Assembly (NCBI GenBank): GCA_947478395.1
Contig: CANJVR010000002.1
Span: forward strand, 224,001 to 288,000
DNA: 64,000 nucleotides
Direction: 5' to 3'
DNA from: Opitutia bacterium
Lineage (GTDB): Bacteria; Verrucomicrobiota; Verrucomicrobiia; Opitutales; Opitutaceae
The notes beneath the pieces are model-generated. The model worked only from the letters and a program-made list of their open reading frames with translations, was not told the DNA's origin and did not search any database. Position numbers and translations under genes: made by a program. Below are positions 38,289-48,914 of the stretch, piece after piece; the stretch's first letter is position 1, and every line of letters begins with the position of its first letter.

Positions 38289-39077
38289 TTACGGCCCGCG
38301 TTGGGCCGCTGCGCCGGCGGCCGTCCCGATCATGCCGGCGGCGCCGGACGTCGGAGGAATCGCATAGATGCGCGCGCTGTTGGCGGCGTTGGTGGCGTTG
38401 AAGGGAATGGCTTGTTGAATGTTGGCTAATTTGTTGCCGCTGGTGCTGGCGGAATTATTCGATACGAACAGTCCTGCGGTGGACGAGTAGAAGGAAACGT
38501 TACCGCCCAGGAAGGCGATATACCCGCCGTTATCTTTGTAGACTCCGCTCGTGGGGCTCCAGGTGCCGGCGGTGGTCAGGCCACGGGTATAAACGACCGG
38601 CGTCGTCGCCGGGTCGCTCATTTTCACGCCGCCCACGAATTCCCAAGCCATCGTGCCGGCGGAGTTGTTAGTGAAAGAAGTGTGCAGCGTATTCCGAGCG
38701 GTACTCGGTTGGATAATGAACGTGGGGTAAGTGCCGGTGAAAGCGGCGTCGTTTTTCGAAAAATAAAATGTAGGGTCGGTAAGAATGTTGTTTTTGGCCA
38801 GAATACCGGGCCAGCGATAGGCGGCAGAGGGCGCGGTCAAAGTAGTCGCGGCGATCCTCTGCGGGTCGGGAAGACTGTCGCTGTTGTCCTGAGCGTAGAT
38901 CGTCGCCGCCTTCAGGATTTCCCGCAGATTATTCGCGTCGACGGCGCGCTGAGCCTTGTCGCGGACGGTGCCGACGGTGGGGATGATGATCGCAGCAAGA
39001 ATGCCGATGATCGCGATGACGGTGAGAAGCTCGATCAGCGTGAAGCCGGCCGGAAACCGACGGATGGTAGTGCGCAT
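38289..39077 (-). CDS. Prepilin-type N-terminal cleavage/methylation domain protein
   Basis: GFTLIELLTVIAIIGILAAII class III signal; NNLREI...IYAQDN segment typical of PVC pilin-like proteins. Confidence 0.88.
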   Translation of the reverse strand: MRTTIRRFPAGFTLIELLTVIAIIGILAAIIIPTVGTVRDKAQRAVDANNLREILKAATIYAQDNSDSLPDPQRIAATTLTAPSAAYRWPGILAKNNILTDPTFYFSKNDAAFTGTYPTFIIQPSTARNTLHTSFTNNSAGTMAWEFVGGVKMSDPATTPVVYTRGLTTAGTWSPTSGVYKDNGGYIAFLGGNVSFYSSTAGLFVSNNSASTSGNKLANIQQAIPFNATNAANSARIYAIPPTSGAAGMIGTAAGAAAQRGP

Positions 39078-39204
39078 GTGCAGTTGGGATGGGTACTGGA
39101 AAGCGGAACAGTACCCGGTAAATTCGGCCGAACCAGAAGGAGCACAAGCAGATTTTGACCGGGTGGACTGGACAAAGCTTTTTCCGCACGCCTAGGCTGC
39201 GCGG

Positions 39205-40071
39205 ATGAAGATCTATCTCGATGGCAAATTCGTCGACTCGGCCGACGCCAAGGTTTCCGTTTTCGATCACGGCCTGCTCTACGGCGATGGCGTATTCGAG
39301 GGCATTCGGCTTTACGGGGGAAACATTTTCCGACTCGAAGAGCATCTCGAGCGGCTGGAATATTCGGCGAAGGCGATCATGCTCGAGCTGCCGCTGACGC
39401 GGAAGGAACTGAGCTGGGCCACTTGCGAGACGTGCCGGCAGAACAATCTCTCCGACGCCTACATCCGGCTAGTGGTCACGCGTGGCGTCGGCGATCTTGG
39501 TTTGTCGCCCTGGCTCTGTCCAAAGCCCACCGTTTTCATTATCGCGAGCAAGATCTCGCTTTATCCGCAGGAGCATTACGACAACGGCCTCGCGATTGTC
39601 ACGGTTCCCACGCGACGCATCGGCCCGGCCGCGTTGCCCGCCACGATCAAGTCGCTCAATTACCTGAACAACATCCTTGGCAAGATCGAGGCGAAGCAGT
39701 TTGGCGCGCTCGAAGCCATCATGTTGAACGATCAGGGCTACGTGGCCGAGTGTACCGCGGATAACGTTTTCATCGTGCACAAGGGCGCGATCATTACGCC
39801 GTCGACCTCGCAGGGCGCGCTGAAAGGCATCACGCGGGACTCCGTGGTCGACATCGCGCGGGAACTGGGCGTTCCGCTGCGCGAGAGCAATATGACCCGC
39901 TACGATATTTGGTGCGCGGACGAATGTTTTCTGACGGGTTCGGGTGCGGAGGTGATCCCGGTGGTGAAGCTCGACGGCCGCGTGATCGGCGCCGGTATTC
40001 CAGGCCCGATCACCCAACGCGTCCTCACCGCGTTTCGTCAGCGCGTCCTCGTCGAAGGCACGCGGATCTGA
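39205..40071 (+). CDS. ilvE: Branched-chain amino acid aminotransferase
   Basis: DHGLLYGDGVFEG, YIRLVVTRG, KSLNYLNN, ECTADN, LKGITR, DECFLTGS. Confidence 0.95.
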   Translation: MKIYLDGKFVDSADAKVSVFDHGLLYGDGVFEGIRLYGGNIFRLEEHLERLEYSAKAIMLELPLTRKELSWATCETCRQNNLSDAYIRLVVTRGVGDLGLSPWLCPKPTVFIIASKISLYPQEHYDNGLAIVTVPTRRIGPAALPATIKSLNYLNNILGKIEAKQFGALEAIMLNDQGYVAECTADNVFIVHKGAIITPSTSQGALKGITRDSVVDIARELGVPLRESNMTRYDIWCADECFLTGSGAEVIPVVKLDGRVIGAGIPGPITQRVLTAFRQRVLVEGTRI

Positions 40072-40272
40072 GCTCAATTTGCGCCGGCCCACGCCTATTT
40101 TAATGCCGCGATCGGCGCATCACGTCCTTCGTTCGCGGGTTCGTCCTGCGCCAATCCAACCCGTCGGGGCGGACCTATCGCGCCATTGTCGCACAGGGCT
40201 CGGGTCGTTGCGCGCGACGCTTGCCAGCGCGCGCGCGTGTGGCATGTTCTGTGCAGATTAATTTTTCGAAAA

Positions 40273-40779
40273 ATGGCCAACCCTCTCAAATGCGACCTGT
40301 GCTCGAAGCCGGCGACCGTCCATCTCACCCAGATTTTGAACAACAAGGTTCACAAGGTCGACATGTGCGAGGCGTGCGCGCAGGCGAAGGGCGTCACCGA
40401 CCCGAGTGGTTTTTCCCTCGCCGACCTTTTGCTGAAAGCATCGCTCAATCCCGAGCTGGCGGAAGGCAAGGCGCATTGCGAGCAGTGCGGCTTCACTCAA
40501 GCAGATTTTAAGAAACAAGGGCGCTTCGGCTGCGCCGCCTGCTACGAAACTTTCAAAGACATGCTCGAGCCTATGCTTGAGGGCATGCACAAGGGCACTT
40601 CGCATTCCGGCAAGGTTCCCCAAACGGCGCTGGCCCGCAAATCCCTGCACGACCGGCTGAGTAAACTCGAACTCGACCTCAGCGCCGCCATCAAAAGCGA
40701 GCGTTACGAAGATGCGGCGCGGGCCCGCGACGAAATGAATCATGCCAAGCAAGCCATCGATCAGAAACCGCAGCGCTAA
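40273..40779 (+). CDS. mcsA: McsA (CxxC and UvrB/UvrC-motif activator of McsB)
   Basis: Four CxxC motifs, GRFGCAACY, HSGKVP, C-terminal UVR motif ERYEDAARARD. Confidence 0.92.
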   Translation: MANPLKCDLCSKPATVHLTQILNNKVHKVDMCEACAQAKGVTDPSGFSLADLLLKASLNPELAEGKAHCEQCGFTQADFKKQGRFGCAACYETFKDMLEPMLEGMHKGTSHSGKVPQTALARKSLHDRLSKLELDLSAAIKSERYEDAARARDEMNHAKQAIDQKPQR

Positions 40780-40786
40780 GCCTGTC

Positions 40787-41878
40787 ATGACGATCGCCTC
40801 GCTCATCGACACCCCTTCCGAGCTGACCGACGCGGCCAGCACCAAAACCGCGGTGGTGCTGATGACTCGGATTCGTCTCGCACGCAATCTTGCCGGCCAG
40901 CCGTTCCCCGGCTGGGCCAAGCCCGCGCAACGCGCCGAGATCAATGCGAAATGCCGCGCGGCCGTTGCCGCCGCTCCCGTGCTCAAACGTAGTTTGAATA
41001 TCGCGGTCGAAGATCTCAACGAACTGGAAAAGCAAATCCTTGTTGAGCGTCACCTGATTAGCCGCGAACTGAGCGGCGCAAAGCCCGGCAGCGGTGTGGT
41101 CATCAGCAAGGACCAGTCCGTCTCTGTCATGATCAACGAGGAGGACCATCTGCGCATTCAAGTTCTGCGCTCAGGGTTTCAGCTCAAGAAGACTTGGAAT
41201 ATCATCAACGAGCTCGATACCGCACTCGAAAGCAGTCTTGATTTCGCGTTTTCGCCTTCACTGGGCTACCTCACCGCCTGCCCCACGAATCTAGGCACCG
41301 GCATGCGCGCCTCGGCGATGATGCATCTTCCGGCCCTCGTAATCGCGAACCAGATGGAGAAGGTCGTTCGCGCCGTTAATCAACTCGGCATGGTCGTCCG
41401 CGGTCTGTTTGGCGAAGGGTCGGATGCCAACGGCAGCATTTTTCAAATTTCCAATCAGACGACCCTCGGCGAATCCGAAGAAGCAATTTTGAAGCGACTT
41501 TCGAGTGTGCTGCAATCGATCATTGAACATGAATTGAACGCGCGGGAAAAACTACTCGAGGCCGACGCGGGGAAATTCTTCGACAAGATCGGCCGGGCTT
41601 TTGGCATTCTGCAAAACAGTCACATGCTGAGTTCGGGCGAAGCGATGAATCTGCTGTCGCTGATTCGCCTTGGCGTCGACCTCGGCGCTTTTCCGGACGC
41701 GAATCGCTCCATGATCGACCGCCTTTTTATCGAGGCCCAGCCCGGGCATCTGCAACACGTACAAAAGGGCGAGTTCGAGCCCGGTCAGCGCGATCTGCTG
41801 CGCGCGGCCCGGCTGCGCACCGAATTTGCAAATTTCGTCCGGCCGGACTTTTCTTTTAATACGAACGGAAAAAACTAA
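40787..41878 (+). CDS. mcsB: Protein arginine kinase McsB
   Basis: RIRLARNL, LVERHLIS, MINEEDHLRIQ, LTACPTNLGTGMRAS, QISNQTTLG. Confidence 0.95.
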   Translation: MTIASLIDTPSELTDAASTKTAVVLMTRIRLARNLAGQPFPGWAKPAQRAEINAKCRAAVAAAPVLKRSLNIAVEDLNELEKQILVERHLISRELSGAKPGSGVVISKDQSVSVMINEEDHLRIQVLRSGFQLKKTWNIINELDTALESSLDFAFSPSLGYLTACPTNLGTGMRASAMMHLPALVIANQMEKVVRAVNQLGMVVRGLFGEGSDANGSIFQISNQTTLGESEEAILKRLSSVLQSIIEHELNAREKLLEADAGKFFDKIGRAFGILQNSHMLSSGEAMNLLSLIRLGVDLGAFPDANRSMIDRLFIEAQPGHLQHVQKGEFEPGQRDLLRAARLRTEFANFVRPDFSFNTNGKN

Positions 41879-41899
41879 ATCGATCCAAGACCCACGCCC

Positions 41900-44428
41900 A
41901 TGTCCCAAGAACCGATGAATAATTTCACGCCGCGCGCCCAGCAGGTGCTCGCGCTCGCCCGCAAGGAAGCGGATCGCTTCCACCACAACTACGTTGGCAC
42001 GGAGCACATTCTGCTCGGGCTGATCAAGCTGGGGCAGGGCGTCGCCGTGAGCGTGCTCCAAAAGATGGGCCTCGATTTGGAGACCGTCCGCGCCGCCGTG
42101 GAAAAACAGGTCGGCACGGGCCAGGAAACAAAAACCCAAGGCAGCATTCCCTACACGCCCCGCGTTAAAAAAGTCCTCGCTCTCGCCGGCAAGGAGGCGA
42201 AGACGCTCAATCACTCTTATGTTGGCACGGAGCACATTCTTCTCGGTCTGCTGCGCGAAGGTGAAGGCGTCGCGGCCCGCGTCTTGAAGTCGCTCGACAT
42301 CGACATCGAACGCACCCGTAACGAAATTCTGCGTGAGCTCGATCCGCAGTTCACCGGCAGCAATCCCCCCGATGGCACGCCGGGCGAGGAGGCGGCCGCC
42401 GGAATCCCGCAGCGTACCTCCGGGACCACCGACGATAAAAAGGAATTAAAAACCCCGGCGCTCAAGGCGTTTGGCCGGGACCTCACCGAGCTCGCCCGCA
42501 AGGGCGAGATGGACCCGGTCGTGGGCCGCAAAAACGAAATCCGCCGCGTCATCCAGATTCTCTGCCGGCGCACGAAGAACAACCCCGTCCTCATCGGCGA
42601 GGCCGGCGTCGGCAAGACCGCGATCGCCGAGGGTCTCGCCCAGGAAATCGTGGCCGGCAACGTGCCCGAAATTCTCTTCGATAAAAAAGTCATCACGCTT
42701 GATCTCGCCCTCATGGTCGCCGGCACGAAATACCGCGGTCAGTTCGAGGAACGCATCAAGGCCGTGATGGATGAAATTAAGCGCGCCAAAAACATCATCC
42801 TTTTCATCGACGAGCTCCACACCATCGTCGGTGCTGGCGCCGCCGAGGGTGCGATGGACGCCTCGAATATCTTCAAGCCCGCGCTTTCCCGCGGCGAATT
42901 GCAGTGCATCGGAGCGACCACGCTCAACGAATATCGCAAGCACATCGAGAAGGACTCCGCCCTCGACCGCCGTTTCCAAAACGTGAAGGTCGAGCCGCCG
43001 TCCGTCGAGGACACGATCACGATCCTTAAGGGTATTCGCAGCAAGTATGAGGATCACCACAAAGCGATCTTCACGGACAAATCGCTCGAATCGGCGGCGA
43101 AACTTTCCGATCGTTATATCACCGGCCGCTTCCTGCCCGACAAAGCGATCGACGTCATGGACGAGGCGGGCTCGCGCGCCCGTATCGCTGCCCTCACGCG
43201 TCCGCCAGACATCGAAAATCTGATCAAGGAGATCGAGGCCGTTTGCGCGCAAAAAGAAAAAGCGATCGCCGAACAACATTTCGAGGAGGCCGCGAAATAT
43301 CGCGACACCGAGAAGCAGCTGCGGGCAAAGCAGGAGCAGGTCACCGAGGATTGGAAGAAATCTCGCGACGAAAAACGCGTCACCATCGACGAAGATCTCA
43401 CCATGCAAGTTGTTGCCGACTGGACGGGCATACCGCTTTCGCGCATGGAAAAGAAGGAGAGCGAAAAGCTGCTCACCCTCGAGCTGGAGATTCAGAAGAG
43501 TGTCGTCGGTCAGGAAATCGCCGCCAGTGCCATTGCGCGCGCGTTGCGCCGTTCCCGCGCGGATCTGAAAGACCCGCGACGTCCGATTGGATCTTTCATG
43601 TTTGTCGGCCCGACCGGGGTGGGCAAAACCGAGACGGCCAAGCAGCTCGCCGCGCAAATGTTCGGCAACCAAGACGCGCTCATCCAGATCGACATGAGCG
43701 AGTACATGGAGAAGTTCGCCGTCTCGCGCCTCGTCGGCTCGCCTCCGGGCTACGTGGGCTACGAGGAAGGCGGGCAGCTCACCGAGGCGGTGCGGCGCCG
43801 GCCCTATGCCGTGATCCTGTTCGACGAAGTCGAGAAGGCGCACCCGGACGTGCTCCAGCTGCTCCTCCAGATTCTGGAGGATGGCCGGCTCACGGATTCC
43901 CTCGGGCGCACAGTCGATTTCCGCAACACGATCATCATCATGACGAGCAATGTCGGCGCCGCGTTGCTGCAACGCCAGACGTCGATGGGCTTCTCGGCCG
44001 CGTCCACGACTTTCAACGACGCTGAGAAAATGCGCGAAAAGGTGCTCGAGGAAGCCAAGCGCATCTTCAAGCCCGAGTTCCTAAACCGGATCTCGGACAT
44101 CGTGTTCTTCCGTCCGCTCGATAAAAACGATCTGACGAAGATCGTCGACATCGAGGTCGCCAAATTCGCGAAGCGTCTCACCGACCGCAAAATCACGCTC
44201 GAGTTTTCCGCCGAGGCCAAAGTGCTGCTCATCGAAAAAGGTTACGATGAAAAGTACGGCGCCCGTCCGCTCCGGCGCGCGGTTGAGCACTACGTGGAGG
44301 ATCCTCTCGCCGAAGCGCTGCTCCGCGGCGAGGTGAAGGAAGGCGAAGCCGTTATGGTGGAACGCGACGGTGATAAATTAACGTTCAAACAGAAGACACC
44401 GCCCGCCACCACCGGCGTGGCGCCCTAA
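41900..44428 (+). CDS. clpC: ATP-dependent Clp protease ATPase subunit ClpC
   Basis: Two Clp-N repeats ([11 protein letters not shown]), [16 protein letters not shown] middle domain, [23 protein letters not shown]. Confidence 0.96.
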   Translation: MSQEPMNNFTPRAQQVLALARKEADRFHHNYVGTEHILLGLIKLGQGVAVSVLQKMGLDLETVRAAVEKQVGTGQETKTQGSIPYTPRVKKVLALAGKEAKTLNHSYVGTEHILLGLLREGEGVAARVLKSLDIDIERTRNEILRELDPQFTGSNPPDGTPGEEAAAGIPQRTSGTTDDKKELKTPALKAFGRDLTELARKGEMDPVVGRKNEIRRVIQILCRRTKNNPVLIGEAGVGKTAIAEGLAQEIVAGNVPEILFDKKVITLDLALMVAGTKYRGQFEERIKAVMDEIKRAKNIILFIDELHTIVGAGAAEGAMDASNIFKPALSRGELQCIGATTLNEYRKHIEKDSALDRRFQNVKVEPPSVEDTITILKGIRSKYEDHHKAIFTDKSLESAAKLSDRYITGRFLPDKAIDVMDEAGSRARIAALTRPPDIENLIKEIEAVCAQKEKAIAEQHFEEAAKYRDTEKQLRAKQEQVTEDWKKSRDEKRVTIDEDLTMQVVADWTGIPLSRMEKKESEKLLTLELEIQKSVVGQEIAASAIARALRRSRADLKDPRRPIGSFMFVGPTGVGKTETAKQLAAQMFGNQDALIQIDMSEYMEKFAVSRLVGSPPGYVGYEEGGQLTEAVRRRPYAVILFDEVEKAHPDVLQLLLQILEDGRLTDSLGRTVDFRNTIIIMTSNVGAALLQRQTSMGFSAASTTFNDAEKMREKVLEEAKRIFKPEFLNRISDIVFFRPLDKNDLTKIVDIEVAKFAKRLTDRKITLEFSAEAKVLLIEKGYDEKYGARPLRRAVEHYVEDPLAEALLRGEVKEGEAVMVERDGDKLTFKQKTPPATTGVAP

Positions 44429-44451
44429 ACCAGGACGGCCTAGGCCGTCGC

Positions 44452-44493
44452 AAAAAAACCCCGGCCACCGCGATCAAGGTGTCCGGGGTTTTT
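44452..44493 (+). terminator. Intrinsic terminator after clpC
   Basis: AAAAACCCCGG-ccacc...ggtgt-CCGGGGTTTTT hairpin with T-run. Confidence 0.82.
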
Positions 44494-44925
44494 GCTTTCC
44501 GCATGGTGCGCACCCCCTCCGGCATCCTCGTCGCCGAGGCTTTGCCGCCAACCACCCACTGCGGTCTGGCGCTCGGGCGTTGGCTCAATCGCCGCATGGC
44601 ACGCGGTCGTGCCGCGGCTGCACCCGGCCGGCGCAGCGGGCGTACGATCAGGGAAAATTGACCGGGCCGTGGACAAGACGATGAACGTACCCCCGGGCGA
44701 CATTCATCGCCCAATCTCGCGTGCGTATGTGCCCGACCTGGCTCGCTGCAAAAAACCCGGTGTTGCTTCCGGCACAACGCGCGCAGCGGACGTTGAATGG
44801 CGAACCGCGCAGTCCGTTTGAAAAAGAGCTCAAGAAGCGGCTCACGAAATTACCGGGCCAGTGAACGACGCCAGACCGACGAAGTTTTTCGTGTCTTTCC
44901 CGTGGTTCGTGGTTCTTTGCGTAGC

Positions 44926-46698
44926 ATGACCAAGAACGAAATCGCCGACGTGCTGAACGAGATTGGGGTGTTGCTGGAGTTGAAGGGCGAGAATCCGTTC
45001 AAGGTTCGCGCCTATCAAAATGGCGCCCGCGTGCTCGAGGCCCTCGAAGAGGCGGAGCTGGGGCGTTTGGTCGATGCCGCCGAATTGAATTCGGTGAAAG
45101 GGATCGGTGAGGCACTCGTGCAAAAAATCACGGAACTGCACGCAACCGGGCGGCTGGAATATTTTGAAACACTGAAAAGTTCCGTGGCTCCGGGATTGGT
45201 GGAGTTGCTGCAGATTCCCGGACTCGGTCCGAAGAAAATCAAGGTGCTCAACGATAAGCTCGGGGTGAGCGACATCGCGACGTTGGTGGCGGCGTGTACC
45301 GACGGCCGGGTGGCGGAACTAGCGGGTTTCGGCGCGAAGACGCAGGCGAAAATTATCGAGGGCGTTAAAAATCGCGAGGCGTATGGGCGCCGCCACCTCT
45401 GGTGGGACGCGGCGGCGATCGCGGGCCCGATCGTGGCTGGGTTGAGAGCCTTAGCGCAAGTGGAGCGCGCGGAAGCGGCGGGCAGTTTGCGTCGCGGATT
45501 GGAGACGGTGGGCGATCTCGATTTTATCGTGGCGGCAAAGGACACCGCACCCGTCATGACGTGGTTCACCGCGCTGCCCGGCGTGAAAGAGGTGACGGCG
45601 CAGGGGGAGACGAAAGCGAGCGTGCGTTTTGAGAGTGGCCTGCAGGCGGATTTGCGGATCGTGCCGGCGGAGCAGTTCGCGTTCGCTCTGCACCACTTTA
45701 CGGGCTCGAAAGATCACAACGTGCAACTGCGCCAGCGCGCGCTGAGCCGCGGCCTCAGTTTGAGCGAGTGGGGGCTTGTACCGGCGGAGGGTGAAGGCAC
45801 GGCCAAGGAAAAGGCCGAGAACCCCGGGTTGCGCCGGAATGCGGAGACCGAGACGGAAATTTTCTCGGCGCTTGGCCTGGGCTTCATTCCGCCCGAATTG
45901 CGCGAAGGCTTGGGCGAAATCGAGGCTGCTGAACGCGGGCCGCTGCCCCGGCTCGTGGAAGCGGAGGATTTGCGCGGCGCGTTTCATAATCACACGACGG
46001 AATCGGACGGGAGAAACACGCTGGCCGAAATGACCGCCGCAGCGGAAGACCTCGGCTGGGATTACCTCGGTATCGCGGACCATTCGAAGTCGAGTGTGCA
46101 GGCTCGGGGACTGACGGAGGGGCGGTTGCGGGCGCAGTTAGAGGAAATTCGTGCGCTCAATCGCTCCGGCAAATTCAAGACCCACGTTTTCGCGGGCACG
46201 GAATGCGATATTCTCCCCGACGGTCAGCTCGACTTCGATGACGGACTACTGGGCGAATTGGATTACGTCGTAGTTTCGGTGCATAGTGCGTTTGCACAGG
46301 ACGAGGAGACCATGACCGCGCGTATTATCCGCGCCATCGAGCACCCGAGCGCGACGATGCTGGGCCACCTTTCGGGTCGGTTGTTACTCAGGCGCGAACC
46401 GTATCGGGTCAACGTCGGTAAGATCATCGACGCCGCGATCGCGCATCGCGTCGTGATCGAATTGAACGCGAGCCCGTGGCGGCTCGATCTGGATTGGCGT
46501 TACTGGCGGCTGGCGGCGGAGCGTGGGTTGATGTGCGCCATCAATCCGGACGCGCACGAAACGGAAGGGCTCACGCATGTGCGTGCGGGCATCAACGTGG
46601 CGCGGAAAGGCTGGCTTACGCGTGAGCAGATCTTGAATACCCGTACACGCCTGGAGGTTGAGCAGTGGTTCAAGCAGCGGGGGCGATCGCAAACCTAG
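44926..46698 (+). CDS. polX: DNA polymerase X with C-terminal PHP domain
   Basis: [10 protein letters not shown], HhH motifs, AGSLRR, GDLD and ADLR catalytic aspartates, HFTGSK; PHP HNHT, DHS, SVH, GH, PDAH. Confidence 0.94.
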   Translation: MTKNEIADVLNEIGVLLELKGENPFKVRAYQNGARVLEALEEAELGRLVDAAELNSVKGIGEALVQKITELHATGRLEYFETLKSSVAPGLVELLQIPGLGPKKIKVLNDKLGVSDIATLVAACTDGRVAELAGFGAKTQAKIIEGVKNREAYGRRHLWWDAAAIAGPIVAGLRALAQVERAEAAGSLRRGLETVGDLDFIVAAKDTAPVMTWFTALPGVKEVTAQGETKASVRFESGLQADLRIVPAEQFAFALHHFTGSKDHNVQLRQRALSRGLSLSEWGLVPAEGEGTAKEKAENPGLRRNAETETEIFSALGLGFIPPELREGLGEIEAAERGPLPRLVEAEDLRGAFHNHTTESDGRNTLAEMTAAAEDLGWDYLGIADHSKSSVQARGLTEGRLRAQLEEIRALNRSGKFKTHVFAGTECDILPDGQLDFDDGLLGELDYVVVSVHSAFAQDEETMTARIIRAIEHPSATMLGHLSGRLLLRREPYRVNVGKIIDAAIAHRVVIELNASPWRLDLDWRYWRLAAERGLMCAINPDAHETEGLTHVRAGINVARKGWLTREQILNTRTRLEVEQWFKQRGRSQT

Positions 46699-47101
46699 AT
46701 AGAACAACTTCGCGTTTGTAGCCCGTGCAACAGGTGGGAGGCCGCGGGTTGCCGGTCGCCGGGACGAGCGGGGTCGTGCTCATTGCGGAAGCGGCAGCAG
46801 GGTGCCGTTTTGCCGCAACCGACCTCGCCGAAGATCGCGATTAATTCCTTTTTTTCCTGCACCGCGAAGTTAAGAAGCTGCAGCGTATACGTATGAATTT
46901 TAATAAGATACAGAAAACAGAAAACGGGCAGTGATGTTGAAGTGCATCTCTTTTAAACCGTCGTAGCTCTGCTCGATCGATTTCGAGCAGCCTGTCCCGG
47001 TCCAAAACGCACGCTCAAATCGTGCGATTTCCGCGAACCGCGCGATTTGAAATCTCCTTTACTCACCGGATCGCCCCCGCGTTTCATGACTGCCTACTTG
47101 C

Positions 47102-47386
47102 GTGAATCTGAATCGCTTCATTCTCAGCCTCTATCTCCTGTTCATCTTGGGGTTGGCGCTGGCGGCCGGGCTCTATTTTCACGAAAGCCAGGCCGAGTAC
47201 GCCCGGCTGCGGCGGATTGAGGTCGAGAACCGCCGCCGCGTTGATGAAGCGCAGGCGCGCCTGAAACTGCAGGAGAAAATCCTCGAACGCATGCGCCATG
47301 ATCCGGTCTACGTCGACCAGGTGATCCGGCAAAAACTCGGCTACGCGAAGCCCGAGGAATATATTTATCGTTTTGAGAATAATTGA
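47102..47386 (+). CDS. Septum formation initiator family protein (FtsB/DivIC)
   Basis: N-terminal TM, coiled coil, DPVYVDQVIRQKLGYAKPEE C-terminal signature. Confidence 0.82.
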   Translation: MNLNRFILSLYLLFILGLALAAGLYFHESQAEYARLRRIEVENRRRVDEAQARLKLQEKILERMRHDPVYVDQVIRQKLGYAKPEEYIYRFENN

Positions 47387-47439
47387 TCCGGGTCGCGCGA
47401 CTCGGATCCGGTCTTTTGCCCAACATTTCAACTTTTTCC

Positions 47440-48876
47440 ATGGCTGCCACGGCTCAACTTATCGATCGCTTCCAACGCGCCGGGCAGGGGCAAGTCTTCG
47501 CCTTTTTTGACCAGCTCACGCCGGCGGAACAACAGAACCTGCTCAGCGAAGCCGGCGAAATCGATCTCGCGGAAGTGGAACAGCTGAATCGCACCCTCGT
47601 CGCGAAAACTGCCGGCGCGGTCGGCGTAGATCTCGAGGGCCTCGCGCCCGCGCCCTACGAGCTGCTGCCGGCCAACGGCGGCGACGCCGCGGCCTGGGCC
47701 GCGGCGAAACAGACCGGTGAAGCGGCGCTCCGGGCGGGTCGGGTCGCGGCTTTCACGGTGGCCGGCGGTCAAGGTACGCGCCTCGGCTACGACGGTCCGA
47801 AGGGCACGTTCCGGGTGACGCCCGTGAAACAGAAATCTCTCTTCCAGATTTTCGCCGAAAAAATTCTGGCGGCCGGAAATCGCTACGGCCAGCCGCTGCA
47901 TTGGTTTATTATGACCAGCCACCAAAATCACGTGGCGACGGAGGCGTTTTTTGGGGAGCACAATCATTTCGGACTCGATCGCGCGCGGGTGCATTTTTTT
48001 CGGCAGGGGCGCATGCCGGCGGTAAGTTTCGAGGGCAAAATTTTGCTTGAGACCAAAAGCTCGCTGGCGCTGTCGCCCGACGGCCACGGCGGTTCCCTGC
48101 GTGCGCTCGCGCGCAGCGGCGCACTCGATGTGATGGAGCGGGCGGGCATCGACACGCTCAGCTATTTCCAAGTGGACAACCCGCTCGTCCGCGCGATCGA
48201 CCCCGCGTTCATTGGCTGGCATCTCATCAAGCGTTCTGAGCTGACGAGCAAGATGGTGCCGAAAGCCTACGCCGAGGAAAAGGTCGGCCATTTTTGCACC
48301 CAGCGCGGCAAGTTGATCGTGGTCGAGTATTCGGATTTGCCGATGGCGATTCAGCGCGAGACGGACGCCGCGGGCAAACTGCGGTACCTCGCGGGCAGCG
48401 TCGCGATCCATATGCTCGACCGCGATTTCATCCGGCGCATGGGCCAGTCGGCCGGCGATGCCGGCGTCGCATTGCCGTTTCATCGCGCCGATAAAAAAAT
48501 CCCGACGGTCGATGCGACGGGCGCGGCGGTGAAACCGGAAAAGGCCAATGGCGTTAAATTTGAGATGTTCGTTTTTGATGCGCTGCCATTCGCCACAAAT
48601 CCGCTCGTGATTGAAGCGCGCCGGGCGGACGATTTTTCTCCGGTGAAAAATGCCGATGGCCTCGATTCGCCGAAAACCTGCCGCGAGGATCAGCTGCGGC
48701 AATTTGCGCGCTGGCTGGTGGCTAACGGCGTTTCGCTTCCGACCGATGCGACTGGCCTACCGGCCATCACGGGCGAAGTTTCGCCGTTGTTTGGCTACGA
48801 CGAAGATTCGTTCGCCGCCAGCTGGGCGGCGTGCGCGGTCAAGCCCGCGATCGTCGAGGGTTTTTATCTGACCTGA
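47440..48876 (+). CDS. UDPGP type 1 family (eukaryote-like UDP-GlcNAc/UDP-sugar pyrophosphorylase)
   Basis: AGGQGTRLG..GPKG, IMTS, PDGHGG, QVDNPL, EKVG, VEYSDL, KFEMFVFD, FSPVKN. Confidence 0.92.
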   Translation: MAATAQLIDRFQRAGQGQVFAFFDQLTPAEQQNLLSEAGEIDLAEVEQLNRTLVAKTAGAVGVDLEGLAPAPYELLPANGGDAAAWAAAKQTGEAALRAGRVAAFTVAGGQGTRLGYDGPKGTFRVTPVKQKSLFQIFAEKILAAGNRYGQPLHWFIMTSHQNHVATEAFFGEHNHFGLDRARVHFFRQGRMPAVSFEGKILLETKSSLALSPDGHGGSLRALARSGALDVMERAGIDTLSYFQVDNPLVRAIDPAFIGWHLIKRSELTSKMVPKAYAEEKVGHFCTQRGKLIVVEYSDLPMAIQRETDAAGKLRYLAGSVAIHMLDRDFIRRMGQSAGDAGVALPFHRADKKIPTVDATGAAVKPEKANGVKFEMFVFDALPFATNPLVIEARRADDFSPVKNADGLDSPKTCREDQLRQFARWLVANGVSLPTDATGLPAITGEVSPLFGYDEDSFAASWAACAVKPAIVEGFYLT

Positions 48877-48914
48877 ATTTTAAACGTAGCTCTTCTTTCT
48901 TCTCCTTTTGCTCC

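Noticed and set aside
42446..43972. 508-aa - strand ORF (similar shadows at 5057-6214, 10223-11248, 33818-34996, 47428-48702, 48864-49913)
   Set aside because: Antisense to well-supported genes, with no independent coding evidence
46840..46957. AT-rich tract as oriC or dif
   Set aside because: No TTATNCACA DnaA boxes and no XerC/D-type dif consensus seen; kept only as an unexplained region
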